This document shows, piece by piece, positions 38,601 through 51,139 of a stretch of 64,000 bases of DNA. Numbering within the stretch: position 1 is the stretch's first letter; each line of letters starts with the position of its first letter. The notes under the pieces are model-generated. The model was not told where the DNA came from and ran no database searches. It saw nothing but the letters and a program-made list of their open reading frames with translations. Location of the stretch: assembly GCA_038087875.1 (NCBI GenBank), contig CM075991.1:1612001-1676000 (forward strand), written 5' to 3'. A program made the position numbers and the translations under genes. The stretch comes from Malacoraja senta (lineage: Eukaryota).

Positions 38601-41600
38601 TACAATTTCAAGCACAATGCATGGCCAATAAATCCTTTCATTTCCATTTCAAGCACAGTGCAAGTCCAACTACTCATTTCATTTCCATTTCAACCACAGT
38701 GCAAGGCCAAGAACTCATTTCATTTCCATTTCAAGCACAGTGCAAGGCCATGAACATATAATTTCCATTTCAAGCACAGTGCAAGTCCAACAACTCATTT
38801 CAATTACATTTCAAGCACAGTGCCTGGGCAACAACTCATTTCATTTCCATTTCAAGCACAATGCAAGGCCAATAACTCATTTCATTTCCATTTCAACATC
38901 AGTGCAAGGCCAACAACTCATTTCAAGCCCAGTGCAAAGCCAACAACTCATTTAATTTCAATTTCAAGCACAGTGCAAGGCCACCAACTCATTTAATTTC
39001 CATTTCAAGCACAATGCAAGGCCACTAACTCATTACATTTCCATTGCAAGCACAGTGCAAGGCCAACAACTCATTTAATTTCAATTTCAAGCCCAGTGCA
39101 AGGCCAACAACTCATTTAATTTCAATTTCAAGCACTGTGCAAGGCCAACAACTCATTTCATTTCCATTTCAAGCACAGTGCAAGGCCAACAACTCATTTC
39201 ATTTCCATTTCATCTTCAGTGCAAGGCCAATAACTCATTTCATTTCCATTTCAAGCACAGTGCAAGGCCAAAAACTCATTTCATTTCCATTTCAACCACA
39301 GTGCAAGGCCAACAACCCATTTCATTTCCATTTCAAGCTCAGTGCAATGCCATCAATTCATATAATTTCCATTTCAAGCACAGTGCAAGGCCAACAACTC
39401 ATTTCAATTCCATTTCAAGTATCGTGCCAGGCCAACAACTCATTTCCATTTCAAGCACAGTGCAAGGCCAACAACTCATTTCATTTCCATTTCAACTTCA
39501 GTGCAAGGCCAACAACTCATTCCAAGCCCAGTGCAAGGCCAACAACTCATTTAATTTCAATTTCAAGCCCAGTGCAAGGCCAACAACTCATTAATTTCAA
39601 TTTCAAGCACTGTGCAAGGCCAACAACTCATTTAATTTCAATTTCAATAACAGTGCAAGGACAACAACTCATTTAATTTTCATTTCAAGCACAATGCAAG
39701 GCCAACAACTCATTTCATTTCAATTTCAAGCACAGTGCAAGGCCAACAACTCATTTCATTTCCATTTCATCTTCAGTGCAAGGCCAATAACTCATTTCAT
39801 TTCCATTTCAAGCACAGTGCAAGGCCAAAATCTCATTTCATTTCCATTTCAACCACAGTGCAAGGCCAACAACTCATTTCATTTCCATTTCAAGCTCAGT
39901 GCAATGCCATCAATTCATGTAATTTCCATTTCAAGCACAGTGCAAGGCCAACAACTCATTTCAATTCCATTTCAAGTATAGTGCCAGGCCAACAACTCTT
40001 TTCCATTTCAAGCACAGTGCAAGGCCAACAACTCATTTCATTTCCATTTCAACTTCAGTGCAAGGCCAACAACTCATTCCAAGCCCAGTGCAAGGCCAAC
40101 AACTCATTTAATTTCAATTTCAACAAACAGTGCAAGGACAACAACTCATTTAATTTTCATTTCAAGCACAATGCAAGGCCAACAACTCATTTCATTTCCA
40201 TTTCAAGCTCAGTGAAGGCCAACAACTCATTTGTTTCCCTTTCAAGCACAGTGCAAGGCCAACAACTCATTTTATTTCAATTTCAAGTACAATGCATGGC
40301 CAACAACTCATTTCATTTCCCTTTCAAGCACAGTGCAAGACCAACAACTCATTTCATTTCCATTTCAAGCACAGTGCCAGGCCAACAACTCATGTCATTT
40401 CCATTTCAAGCACAGTGCAAGGCCAACAACTCATTTCATTTCCATTTCAACTTCAGTGCAAGGCCAACAACTCATTTTATTTCCATTTTTATAGCTCAGT
40501 GCAAGGGCAACAACTCATTTCATTTCCATTTCAAGCTCAGCGCAAGGCCAACAACTCATTTTATTTCCAACCACAGTGCAAGGCCAACAACTCATTTCAT
40601 TTCCATTTCAAGTTCAGTGCAAGGCCAACAGCTCATTTCATTTCCATTTCAAGCTCAGTGCAAGACTAAAAACTCATTTAATTTCCATTTCAAGCACAGT
40701 GCAAGGCCAATAACTAATTTCATTTCCATTTCAAGCACAGTGCAAGGCCAACAACTCATTGCATTTCCATTTCAAGCACAGTGCCAGGCCAACAACTCAT
40801 TTCATTTCCGTTTCAAGCACAGTGGAAGGCCAACAACTCATTTCATTTCCATTTCAACTTCAGTGCAAGGCCAACAACTAATTAAATTTCCATTTAAAGC
40901 TCAGTGCAAGGTCAACAACTCATTTTATTTCAATTTCAAGCACAGTGCATGGCCAACAACTCATTTCATTTCCATTTCAAGCACAATGCAAGACCAACAA
41001 CTCATTTCATTTCCATTTCAAGCACAGTGCAAGGCCAACAACTCATTGCATTTCCATTTCAAGTTCAGTGCAAGGCCAACAACTCATTTCATTTCCATTT
41101 CAAGCTCAGTGCAAGGCCAACAACACATTTGTTTCCCTTTCAAGCACAGTGCAAGGCAAACAACTCGTTTGATTTCCCTTTCAAGCACAGCGCAAGGCCA
41201 ACAACTCTTTCATTTCCATTTCAAGCACAGCACAATGTCAACAAATCATTTCATTTCCATTTCAAGCACAGTGCCAGGCCAACAACTCATTTCATTAGCA
41301 TTTCAAGTACAGTGCAAGGCCAACAACTCATTTTATTTCCATTAGAAGCACAGTGCAAGGCCAACAACTCATTTCAATTCCATTTCAAGTATAGTGCCAG
41401 GTCAACAACTCATTTGCATTTCAAGTACAATGCAAGGCCAACAAATCATTTCATTTCCATTTCAACTTCAGTGCAAGACCAACAACTCATTCCAAGCCCA
41501 GTGCAAGGCCAACAACTCAGTTAATTTCAATTTCAATAGCAGTTGAAGGCCAACAACTCATTTAATTTTCATTTCAAGCACAATGCAAGGCCAACAACTC

Positions 41601-44600
41601 ATTTCATTTCCATTTCAAGCTCAGTGAAGGCCAACAACTCATTTATTTCCCTTTCAAGCACAGTGCAAGGCCAACAACTCATTTCATTTCCATTTCAAGC
41701 ACAGTGCCAGGCCAACAACTCATGTCATTTCCATTTCAAGCACAGTGCAAGGCCAACAACTCATTTCCTTTCCATTTCAACTTCAGTGCAAGGCCAACAA
41801 CTCATTGTATTTCCATTTTTATAGCTCAGTGCAAGGGCAACAACTCATTTCATTTCCATTTCAAGCACAATGCAAGACCAACAACTCATTTCATTTCCAT
41901 TTCAAGCACAGTGCAAGGCCAACAACTCATTGCATTTCCATTTCAAGTTCAGTGCTAGGCCAACAACTCATTTCATTTCCATTTCACGCTCAGTGCAAGG
42001 CCAACAACACATTTGTTTCCCTTTCAAGCACAGTGCAAGGCAAACAACTCATTTGATTTCCCTTTCAAGCACAGCGCAAGGCCAACAACTCTTTCATTTC
42101 CATTTCAAGCACAGCACAAGGTCAACAAATCATTTCATTTCCATTTCAAGCACAGTGCCAGGCCAACAACTCATTTCATTTCCATTTCAAGTACAGTGCA
42201 AGGCCAACAACTCATTTTATTTCCATTAGAAGCACAGTGCAAGGCCAACAACTCATTTCAATTCCATTTCAAGTATAGTGCCAGGTCAACAACTCATTTG
42301 CATTTCAAGTACATTGCAAGGCCAACAAATCATTTCATTTCCATTTCAACTTCAGTGCAAGACCAACAACTCATTCCAAGCCCAGTGCAAGGCCAACAAC
42401 TCAGTTAATTTCAATTTCAATAACAGTTGAAGGCCAACAACTAATTTAATTTTCATTTCAAGTACAGTGCAATGCCAACTGCTCATATAATTTCAATTTC
42501 AAGCACAGTGCAAAGCCAACAACTCATTTCAATTCCATTTCAAGCGTAGTGCCAAGCCAACAACTCATTTCATTTCCATTTCAAGCTCAGTGCAAGGCCA
42601 TCAACTCATATAATTTCAATTGCAAGCACAGTGCAAGGCCAACAACTCATTTCAATTCCATTTCAAGCGTAGTGCCAAGCCAACAACTCGTTTCATTTTC
42701 ATTTCAAGTACAGTGCAAGGCCAACTGCTCATTTTATTCCCATTTCAAGCACAGTGCAAGGCCAACAACTCATTGCATTTCCATTTCAAGTTCAGTGCAA
42801 GGCCAACAACTCATCTAATTTCAATTTCAAGCACAATGCATGGCCAATAGCTCCTTTCATTTCCATTTCAACAACAGTGCAAGGCCAACAACTCATTTCA
42901 TTTCCATTTCAAGCACAGTGCAAGGCCATCAACATATAATTTCCATTTCAAGCACAGTGCAAGTCCAACAACTCATTTCAATTCCATTTCAAGCATAGTG
43001 CAAGGCCAACAACTCGTTTCATTTCCATTTCAAGCACAATGCAAGGCCAACAACTCATTTAATTTCCATTTCAACTTCAGTGCAAGGCTAACTACTCATT
43101 TCAAGCCCAGTGCAAGGCCAACAACTCATTTAATTTCAATTTCAAGCACAGTGCAAGGCCACCAACTCATTTAATTTCCATTTCAAGCACAATGCAAGGC
43201 CAATAACTCATTACATTTCCATTTCAAGCACAGTGCAAGGCCAACAACTCATTTAATTTCAATTTCAAGCCCAGTGCAAGGCCAACAACTCATTTAATTT
43301 CAATTTCAAGCACTGTGCAAGGCCAACAACTCATTTCATTTCCATTTCAAGCACAGTGCAAGGCCAACAACTCATTTTGTTTCCATTTCAAGCACAATGC
43401 AAGGCCAACAACTCATTTCATTTCCCTTTCAAGCACAGTGCAAGGACAACAACTCATTCCATTTCCAATTCAAGCGTGGTGCCAAGCCAACAACTCATTT
43501 CATTTTCATTTCAAGTACAGTGCAATGCCAACTGCTCATATAATTTCAATTTCAAGCACAGTGCAAAGCCAACAACTCATTTCAATTCCATTTCAAGCGT
43601 AGTGCCAAGCCAACAACTCATTTCATTTCCATTTCAAGCTCAGTGCAAGGCCATCAACTCATATAATTTCAATTTCAAGCACAGTGCAAGGCCAACAACT
43701 CATTTCAATTGCATTTCAAGCATAGTGCCAAGCCAACAACTCGTTTCATTTTCATTTCAAGTACAGTGCAAGGCCAACTGCTCATTTTATTTCCATTTCA
43801 AGCACAGTGCCAGGCCAACAACTCATTGCATTTCTATTTCAAGTTCAGTGCAAGGCCAACAACTCATCTAATTTCAATTTCAAGCACAATGCATGGCCAA
43901 TAGCTCCTTTCATTACCATTTCAAGGACAGTGCAAGGCCAACAACTCATTTCATTTCCATTTCAACCACAGTGCAAGGCCAACAACTCATTTCATTTCCA
44001 TTTCAAGCACAGTACAAGGCCATCAACATATAATTTCCATTTCAAGCACAGTGCAAGTCCAACAACTCATTTCAATTCCATTTCAAGCATAGTGCAAGGC
44101 CAACAACTCGTTTCATTTCCATTTCAAGCACAATGCAAGGCCAACAACTCATTTAATTTCCATTTCAACTTCAGTGCAAGGCTAACTACTCATTTCAAGC
44201 CCAGTGCAAGGCCAACAACTCATTTAATTTCAATTTCAAGCACAGTGCAAGGCCACCAACTCATTTAATTTCCATTTCAAGCACAATGCAAGGCCAATAA
44301 CTCATTACATTTCCATTTCAAGCACAGTGCAAGGCCAACAACTCATTTAATTTCAATTTCAAGCCCAGTGCAAGGCCAACAACTCATTTAATTTCAATTT
44401 CAAGCACTGTGCAAGGCCAACAACTCATTTCATTTCCATTTCAAGCACAGTGCAAGGCCAACAACTCATTTTGTTTCCATTTCATCTTCAGTGCAAGGCT
44501 AATAACTCATTTCATTTCCATTTCAAGCACAGTGCAAGGCCAAAAACTCATTTCATTTCCATTTCAACCACAGTGCAAGGCCAACAACTCATTTAATTTC

Positions 44601-47144
44601 CATCTCAAGCTCAGTGCAATGCCATCAATTCATATAATTTCCATTTCGAGCACAGTGCAAGGCCAACAACACATTTCAATTCCATTTGAAGTATAGTGCC
44701 AGGCCAACAACTCATTTCCATTTCAAGCACAGTGCAAGGCCAACAACTCATTTCATTTCCATTTCAACTTCAGTGCAAGGCAAACAACTCATTCCAAGCC
44801 CAGTGCAAGGCCAACAACTCATTTAATTTCAATTTCAATAACAGTGCAAGGCCAACAACTCATTTAATTTTCTTTTCAAGCACAATGCAAGGCCAACAAC
44901 TCATTTCATTTCCCTTTCAAGCACAGTGCAAGGACAACAACTCATTCCATTTCCAATCAAGCGTGGTGCCAAGCCAACAACTCATTTAATTTTCATTTCA
45001 AGTACAGTGCAATGCCAACTGCTCATATAATTTCAATTTCAAGCACAGTGCAAAGCCAACAACTCATTTCCATTCCATTTCAAGCGTAGTGCCAAGCCAA
45101 CAACTCATTTCATTTCCATTTCAAGCACAGTGCAAGGCCAACAACTCATTTAATTTCCATTTTAACTTCAGTGCAAGGCCAACAACTCATTTTGTTTCCA
45201 TTTTTATAGCTCAGTGCAAGGGCAACAACTCATTTCATTTCCATTTCAAGCTCAGTACAAGGGCAACAACTCATTTCATTTCCAATTCAAGCGTAGTGCC
45301 AAGCCAACAACTCATTTCATTTAATTTTCAAGTACAGTGCAAGGCCAACTGCTCATATAATTTCAATTTCAAGCACAGTGCAAGGCCAACAACTCATTTG
45401 CATTTCAAGCACAATGCAAGGCCAACAACTCATTTCATTTCCATTTCAACTTCAGTGCAAGGCCAACAACTCATTTCATTTGCATTTCAAGTACAGTGCA
45501 AGGCCAACAACTCATTTCATTTCCATTTCAACTTCAGTGCAAGGCCAACAACTCATTTAATTTCCATTTCATGCTCAGTGCAAGGCCAACAACTCATTTT
45601 GTTTCCATTTCATGCACAGTGCAAGGCCAACAACTCATTTCCTTTCCATTTCAATTCAGTGCAAGTCCAACAACTCATTTCATTTTCAATTCAAGCTCAG
45701 TGCAAGGCCAACAACTCATTTTATTTCCCTTTCAAGCACAGTGCAAGGCCACCAACTAATTTCATTTCCATTTCAAGCATTGTGCAAGGCAAACAAATCA
45801 TTTTATTACCATTTCAAGCACAGAGCAAGGCCAACAACTCATTTCGTTTCCATTTCAAGCTCAGTGCAAGGCCATCAACTCACATAGTTTCAATTTCAAG
45901 CACAGTGCAAGGCCAACAACTCATTTCAATTCCATTTCAAGCATAGTGCCAGGCCAACAACTCACTTCATTTGCATTTCAAGTAAAGTGCAAGGCCAACA
46001 ACTCATTTTATTTCCATTTCAAGCACAGTGCAAGGCCAACAACGCATTTAATTTCCCTTTCAAGCACAGTGCAAGGCAAACAACTCATTTCATTTCCATT
46101 TCAAGCGCAGTGGAAGGTCAATTACTCATTTCATTTCCATTTCAAGCACAGTTCCAGGCCAACAACTCATTTCATTTCCATTTCAATCACAGTGGAAGGC
46201 CAACAACTCATTTCATTTCCATTTCAACTTCAGTGCAAGGCCAACAACTGATTTTATTTCCATTTGAAGCACAATGCAAGACCAACAACTCATTTCATTT
46301 CCATTTCAAGCACAATGCAAGACCAACAACCCACTTCATTTCCATTTCAAGCACAGTGCAAGGCCAACAAATCATTCCATTTTCATTTCAAGCACAGTGC
46401 AAGGCCATCAACTCATTGTGTTTCCATTTCAAGCACAGTGCCAGGCCAGGAACTCATTTCATTTCCCTTTCAAGCACAGTGCAAGGCTAAAAACTCATTT
46501 CATTTCCATTTCAAGCACAGTGCAAGGCCAACAACTCATTTCATTTCCATTTCTACTTCAGTGCAAGGCCACCAACTCATTTCATTTCTATTTCAAGCTC
46601 ATTGAAATGCCAACAACTCATTTTATTTCCATTTCAAGCACAGTGCAAGGCCAACAACTCATTTCATTTCCATTTCAATTTCAGTGCCAGGCCAAGAACT
46701 CATTTAATTTCCATTTCAATCTCAGTGCAAGGCCAACAACTCATTTTATTTCATTTTCAAGCAGTGCGAGGCCAACAACTCATTTCATTTCCATTTCAAG
46801 CACAGTGCAAGGCCAACACCACGTTTCATTTCCAATTCAAACAGTGCAAGGCTAATAATTCATTTCATTTCAATTTCAAGCACAGTGCAAGGCCAATAAC
46901 TCATTTCATTTTCATTTCAACCACAGTGCAAGGCCAACAACTCATTTCATTTCCATTTCTAGCACAGTGCAAGGCCAACAACTTATTTCATTTCCATTTC
47001 AACTTCAGTGCAAGGCCAACAACTCATTTCATTTCCAATTCAAGCTCAGTGCAAGACCAACAACTCATTTCATTTCCCTTTCAAGCACAGTGCAAGGCCA
47101 ACAACTAATTTCATTTCCATTTCAAGCATTGTGCAAGGCCAACA
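32601..47144. repeat. 41-bp satellite array, main block
   Basis: Consensus CAAGCACAGTGCAAGGCCAACAACTCATTTCATTTCCATTT with shorter deletion variants; roughly 350 units. Confidence 0.98.
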
Positions 47145-47880
47145 TGATAATATCCTACTTAATAATGACATATTTTATATTAGAATGGATTAAGTAAAAT
47201 ATTAGCTTGCGTGTCGCCTGAGTATAACCAAGCTTTTTCTGGGTGCTGAAATAAGCTGAAGTTTGCAGAAATGTGGGAATCAGGAAATTGGAGGCCAGCT
47301 TTCAAACTGCCGTTCAAGCTGGTTCCTGTTATGTGCCAAGTAGAACACCATTCACAATGGTGAGAGGGGATATACTTCCTGGGAAGGTCCAGGCTTCTGT
47401 TTACAGCAGCATTGAGAGAGGATGAGCTTCTTGAGAAATTGGTATTCTCTGCTAACATGAATTTCTGTGGGTAGCTGATTCCGAGATTGTATTGTTAAGA
47501 CAGAATTGTAATGGTTGTGTTTCTTGACTAACTTCCTGCTTTTGAATGTTTGGGATCAACAGTTTTATTATTGAAAGAAGCAAATGATGGCAAGACTATT
47601 GTATCAGTGACAAGTATACTTTGAATGGGTAGAGCTGTGATTGATTTGTATTAAACATCATTGCTGCCATTCTGTATGAACATGTGACTATGTTTCCAAA
47701 ATAGTATAAAAAAAGCTGTATGTCTCCATTCATTAGAGTGTTAGCCCAGGGAGAGCCAAGTATCGGCTGTTTACTTGGTTTTGTATCTCCTAACACTTTC
47801 GCCGGCTCAGTGATCAGTAAAGCGTGTTGGTTTTACCTAACTTATTGTGAGTTGCCTGTTTTAAGAAATGAACTTTAACA
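47145..47880 (+). repeat. 5' LTR (736 bp)
   Basis: TGATAATATC...TTTAACA, a direct repeat of 55497-56234. TATAAA at 47705-47710 and an AGTAAA poly(A)-like signal at ~47816. Confidence 0.97.
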
Positions 47881-47881
47881 T

Positions 47882-47916
47882 TGGCGTAGTCGGCAGGATT
47901 CGAACCTGCGCGGGGA
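47882..47916 (+). promoter_or_regulatory. Primer-binding site complementary to tRNA-Ser, extended to about 35 nt
   Basis: TGGCGTAGTCGGCAGGATTCGAACCTGCGCGGGGA starts 1 nt after the LTR and is the reverse complement of the vertebrate tRNA-Ser 3' end plus CCA (tRNA sequence recalled from memory). Confidence 0.9.
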
Positions 47917-48227
47917 CCCCATCAACAGCTGACTGTGCAAGAGGTTGCAGAGGTTGCCGGGATTGGAAGGGAGACAGCTGAGCTCTATCGGCCCCCTTGT
48001 AAGACCGACTCCCCTAGAAACTCCCGGGAACATCTGTGATCCTTCATCAGAGGTTGATCCAGGTTCCCTGCCGAGGTACTTAATACAGACAACAAAGGTA
48101 AGACCAGTTGGGCTTTGTGTATGTATTTTTTCAGAAGGAATTGTGTACGTATTTTTAAGAAGGGCTTGTGTATATTTTTAAGAAGGAATTGAGCGGTTTC
48201 TCTCTCTTTTTCTCTCTCTATTTTTTC

Positions 48228-48263
<36 letters not shown>

Positions 48264-48570
48264 TTTCCCCTTTCTCTCTCTCTTCAAAGGGCTCGTCGGC
48301 CTTGTTGAGACATCCGAAGTTTGTCGGGTTGAGATACAGGGGACGATGTGTGCGCCTGGCTCGTTGAGACATCCGAAGAGTTGTCGGGTTGAGAAATAAG
48401 CGGCGTTGTTTTTTTTAAAGAATTAAGAAGTCTGCCAAGTTGAGTAACTGGGGTCTCGGTTAGCGGGTCTGCCTAGTTGAAATACTTGGTGCGTTGTTCT
48501 TGTTTTTTAAAGAGTTGAGAAGTCTGCTTTCACTTTCTCTTTCTCTCTTTCTCTTTCTCTCTCTCTATCT

Positions 48571-50334
48571 ATGGGGAATAATCTGGATAAAAGTGAAGGG
48601 GGCACGGCCGTCCAACATATGTGTTATTTGAATCCTAAAAGTAACAAAGACTATAGAATATTAAGTTATAAGCTAACCAAACGTTTGGGAGATGAATCCT
48701 GGCCAGTAGGAGGCACTTGGAATGTAGAGACAATTAAAAGAGCAGAGCTGTTGATATGGGAAAGGGATGCAGGAAAGAAATGGAAAAAAATAATTAAGGA
48801 ATGGAAAGCAGAGGCAGAGAAGAAGCAAGATGGGAGTAGGGATCGGAGTTGGATGGATAATGCATGTAAGAGAGGGATAGAGTTAAGGAACAAGGATGGC
48901 ACTATGAAAGGATGGAAAGTGTTGCAGCTAGAATGCCAGTGGGCAGAGGAACAAGAGAAAAGAACTAAGAGACAGGCGGAAGGTAAAAAACAGGTGATGG
49001 TTAATAAAAAAAAACAGTACTGGTAAATTCTCCGGAGGAGACCTCATGTCTGGTACGGCGACCCTGTTTGGTAGTGAAGATGAGGATTTAGATAATCCCG
49101 GGAGGCACCCACCTCCCTATGCCCCACCAGTAGCAATGACATCCTTACCTGTAGCAGCTCCGGTAGTAACACCCATATACCCCGAAATTCCGCCCTTACA
49201 AAGCTCCCCAGAATTGGGAGCACGGGAAAACACACCCAGATGGGAAAAACCAAACGAAGAAATGAGTGAGGTAATAGAAAGTGCACAAAATTTAGCAATT
49301 GACCCTGAGGGATCAATCGGGGAGCGAGTAAAAAACAACCCTAGAAGGGCTGCGCAGAACCTCCCTATGAGAACTGTGCCAAACCCTAGGGCAGGACAAG
49401 GCAATCAGGAAGATACCATGCAGATATATGGACCATGGAAATCATATGAACAATGTATGATACGGGATAAAGCCCCAAATCGCCACAAGACCTCTCAGGA
49501 CTGGCTACGGACCGTGATATTTGGTCCATGACTATGTCGCTTCTGTCACCAGCCGAACAACAGAAGTGCAAGAATACTATGGAACATCAGACATGGCAGG
49601 CACTAAAGAACACACCAGGGCATGCAGACCATGCAGTTTGTGTACATTTTATGATGACCAATCTATTTGAATGTTTGAAAAAAACAATTAACATGTCGGT
49701 GGTCCTCGATTGTAAGCCCGGTCCAAAAGAAGACCCCCAGTCGTATCTGGATCGTTTCACTAGTATCTATGGAACCCATGCAGGAGACCCTGTATACAAT
49801 GCTGGAAACAAATCCCCAGCTTTTAATGCTATATTGATGAGTTGTCTCCCGTTCAAAGTGCAGGCAATGGTTAAAACAAACTTAAACTGGGCGGACAATG
49901 ACATAACCCAAATGAGACGTGCAGTAACTGCCTTTTGGGCTGATGGTGCCGGAAACACGGCTGCCACTAGTTCACCCAGAATAAAAACAGAATATTATAT
50001 GTGGGAACCAGCAGCTGAGGAATGCTCACAGATTCTGGCCATGAGACCAAGGAATGGGATGCGCCCTGGTAGAGGAAGGGGTTTTCAGCCTAGACCACAA
50101 TGGAACGGAGAATTCCGGGGGGGACGAGGACAAAACCACCCAGGGCAGGGAAGACCCCAAGGTGAGAGAGGAGCTGGAGGAAGCTGTTTTAAGTGTGGGG
50201 GAATAGGGCATTGGGTGAGGGACTGCCCCTCTCGTGTCACAGGGGAAGGACGGGGAAGACGGCTCCGTACTCCACCAACAACCCGTTTTCCCAATGATCC
50301 ACCGACTCCACTGTACAACACCTATTCCCACTAA
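48571..50334 (+). pseudogene. gag: Retroviral Gag, frameshifted
   Basis: N-terminal MG (myristoylation-type), PPPY late domain, MHR-like PKEDPQSYLDRF, one CCHC knuckle CFKCGGIGHWVRDC. Split over three ORFs. Confidence 0.9.
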
Positions 50335-50650
50335 TCACCAACCCCGATGAAGAACCCATAGTAAACATGATGCTGGGGGACACCAGAGTTCCGTTTTTGA
50401 TTGATACAGGAGCAACCTCATCTACCCTGAATCAGGAGCTTGCGGCATCTCTGGGAGTTCCCATGTCAGACCATGTAACACGATTATCAGGATTGGACGG
50501 GAAAGTACGGTGTTACCCCCTAACAGCCTCTGACTGTAACCTATGGACAGGAACAGTGCACCATCTCCTTTTCCCTTACCCCATATCTTGGCTGCAATCT
50601 CGCAGGCAGAGACCTATTAATAGGATTAAAAGCAGGAATTACCTGCACTG
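50298..50650 (+). pseudogene. pro: Retroviral aspartic protease, frameshifted
   Basis: FLIDTGAT active site; CNLAGRDLL occurs in the shifted frame. Confidence 0.9.
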
Positions 50651-50712
50651 ACGAGGGAATTCACCTCCAGACCCAGAAGATGATGCACACACACTTCCCA
50701 ACACCTCAATGA

Positions 50713-51060
50713 TGGGCCATTGATCTTTTGTCAGCACCAGTCTTTGGAAATACACCCAATCCACATGTGACTCTATTTTATGATCCCACGGGTTGCAATC
50801 CTGAAATGGGAGATTATTTTAGGCCACTGATAGGGAAAGCGACCACAGTCCGCTTGATAGGAACAGTGTCAGGCGAACCTGGCACTGCCGTGATAGTGCA
50901 AGTGGAAGAAGGGTTGTGGAAACAGAATGCTTCCCTAGTGGCACCGCATGTAACCACCTCAGTGAGGGCAGATCACTCAGCAAAAGAGCTGGGGTACCTC
51001 ACCTACGAATTACGCAATCAAGCAGATAACATACTGGGTGAGCAATATTTTTCTCAGGGA
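50713..51060 (+). other. 2H phosphoesterase-like domain in Pol between protease and RT
   Basis: PHVTL (His at 50764) and PHVTT...HSAKELG (His at 50947), in frame with RT. Confidence 0.75.
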
Positions 51061-51139
51061 ATACTAGAGTACTGGAAAGAGTGCCAGATTGTTGAAGGAA
51101 TCATCCGACGACACCAGCCGCCGAAGAACGACATAGACA

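Noticed and set aside
47882..47921. tRNA-Ser gene on the minus strand
   Set aside because: Only the 3' part is present, it includes the post-transcriptional CCA, and it abuts the LTR, so it is a PBS.
47180..48372. Accessory genes in the ERV LTR or leader, as in walleye epsilonretroviruses
   Set aside because: Only short ORFs with no recognisable motifs; the LTR ORFs are not preserved between the two LTRs.
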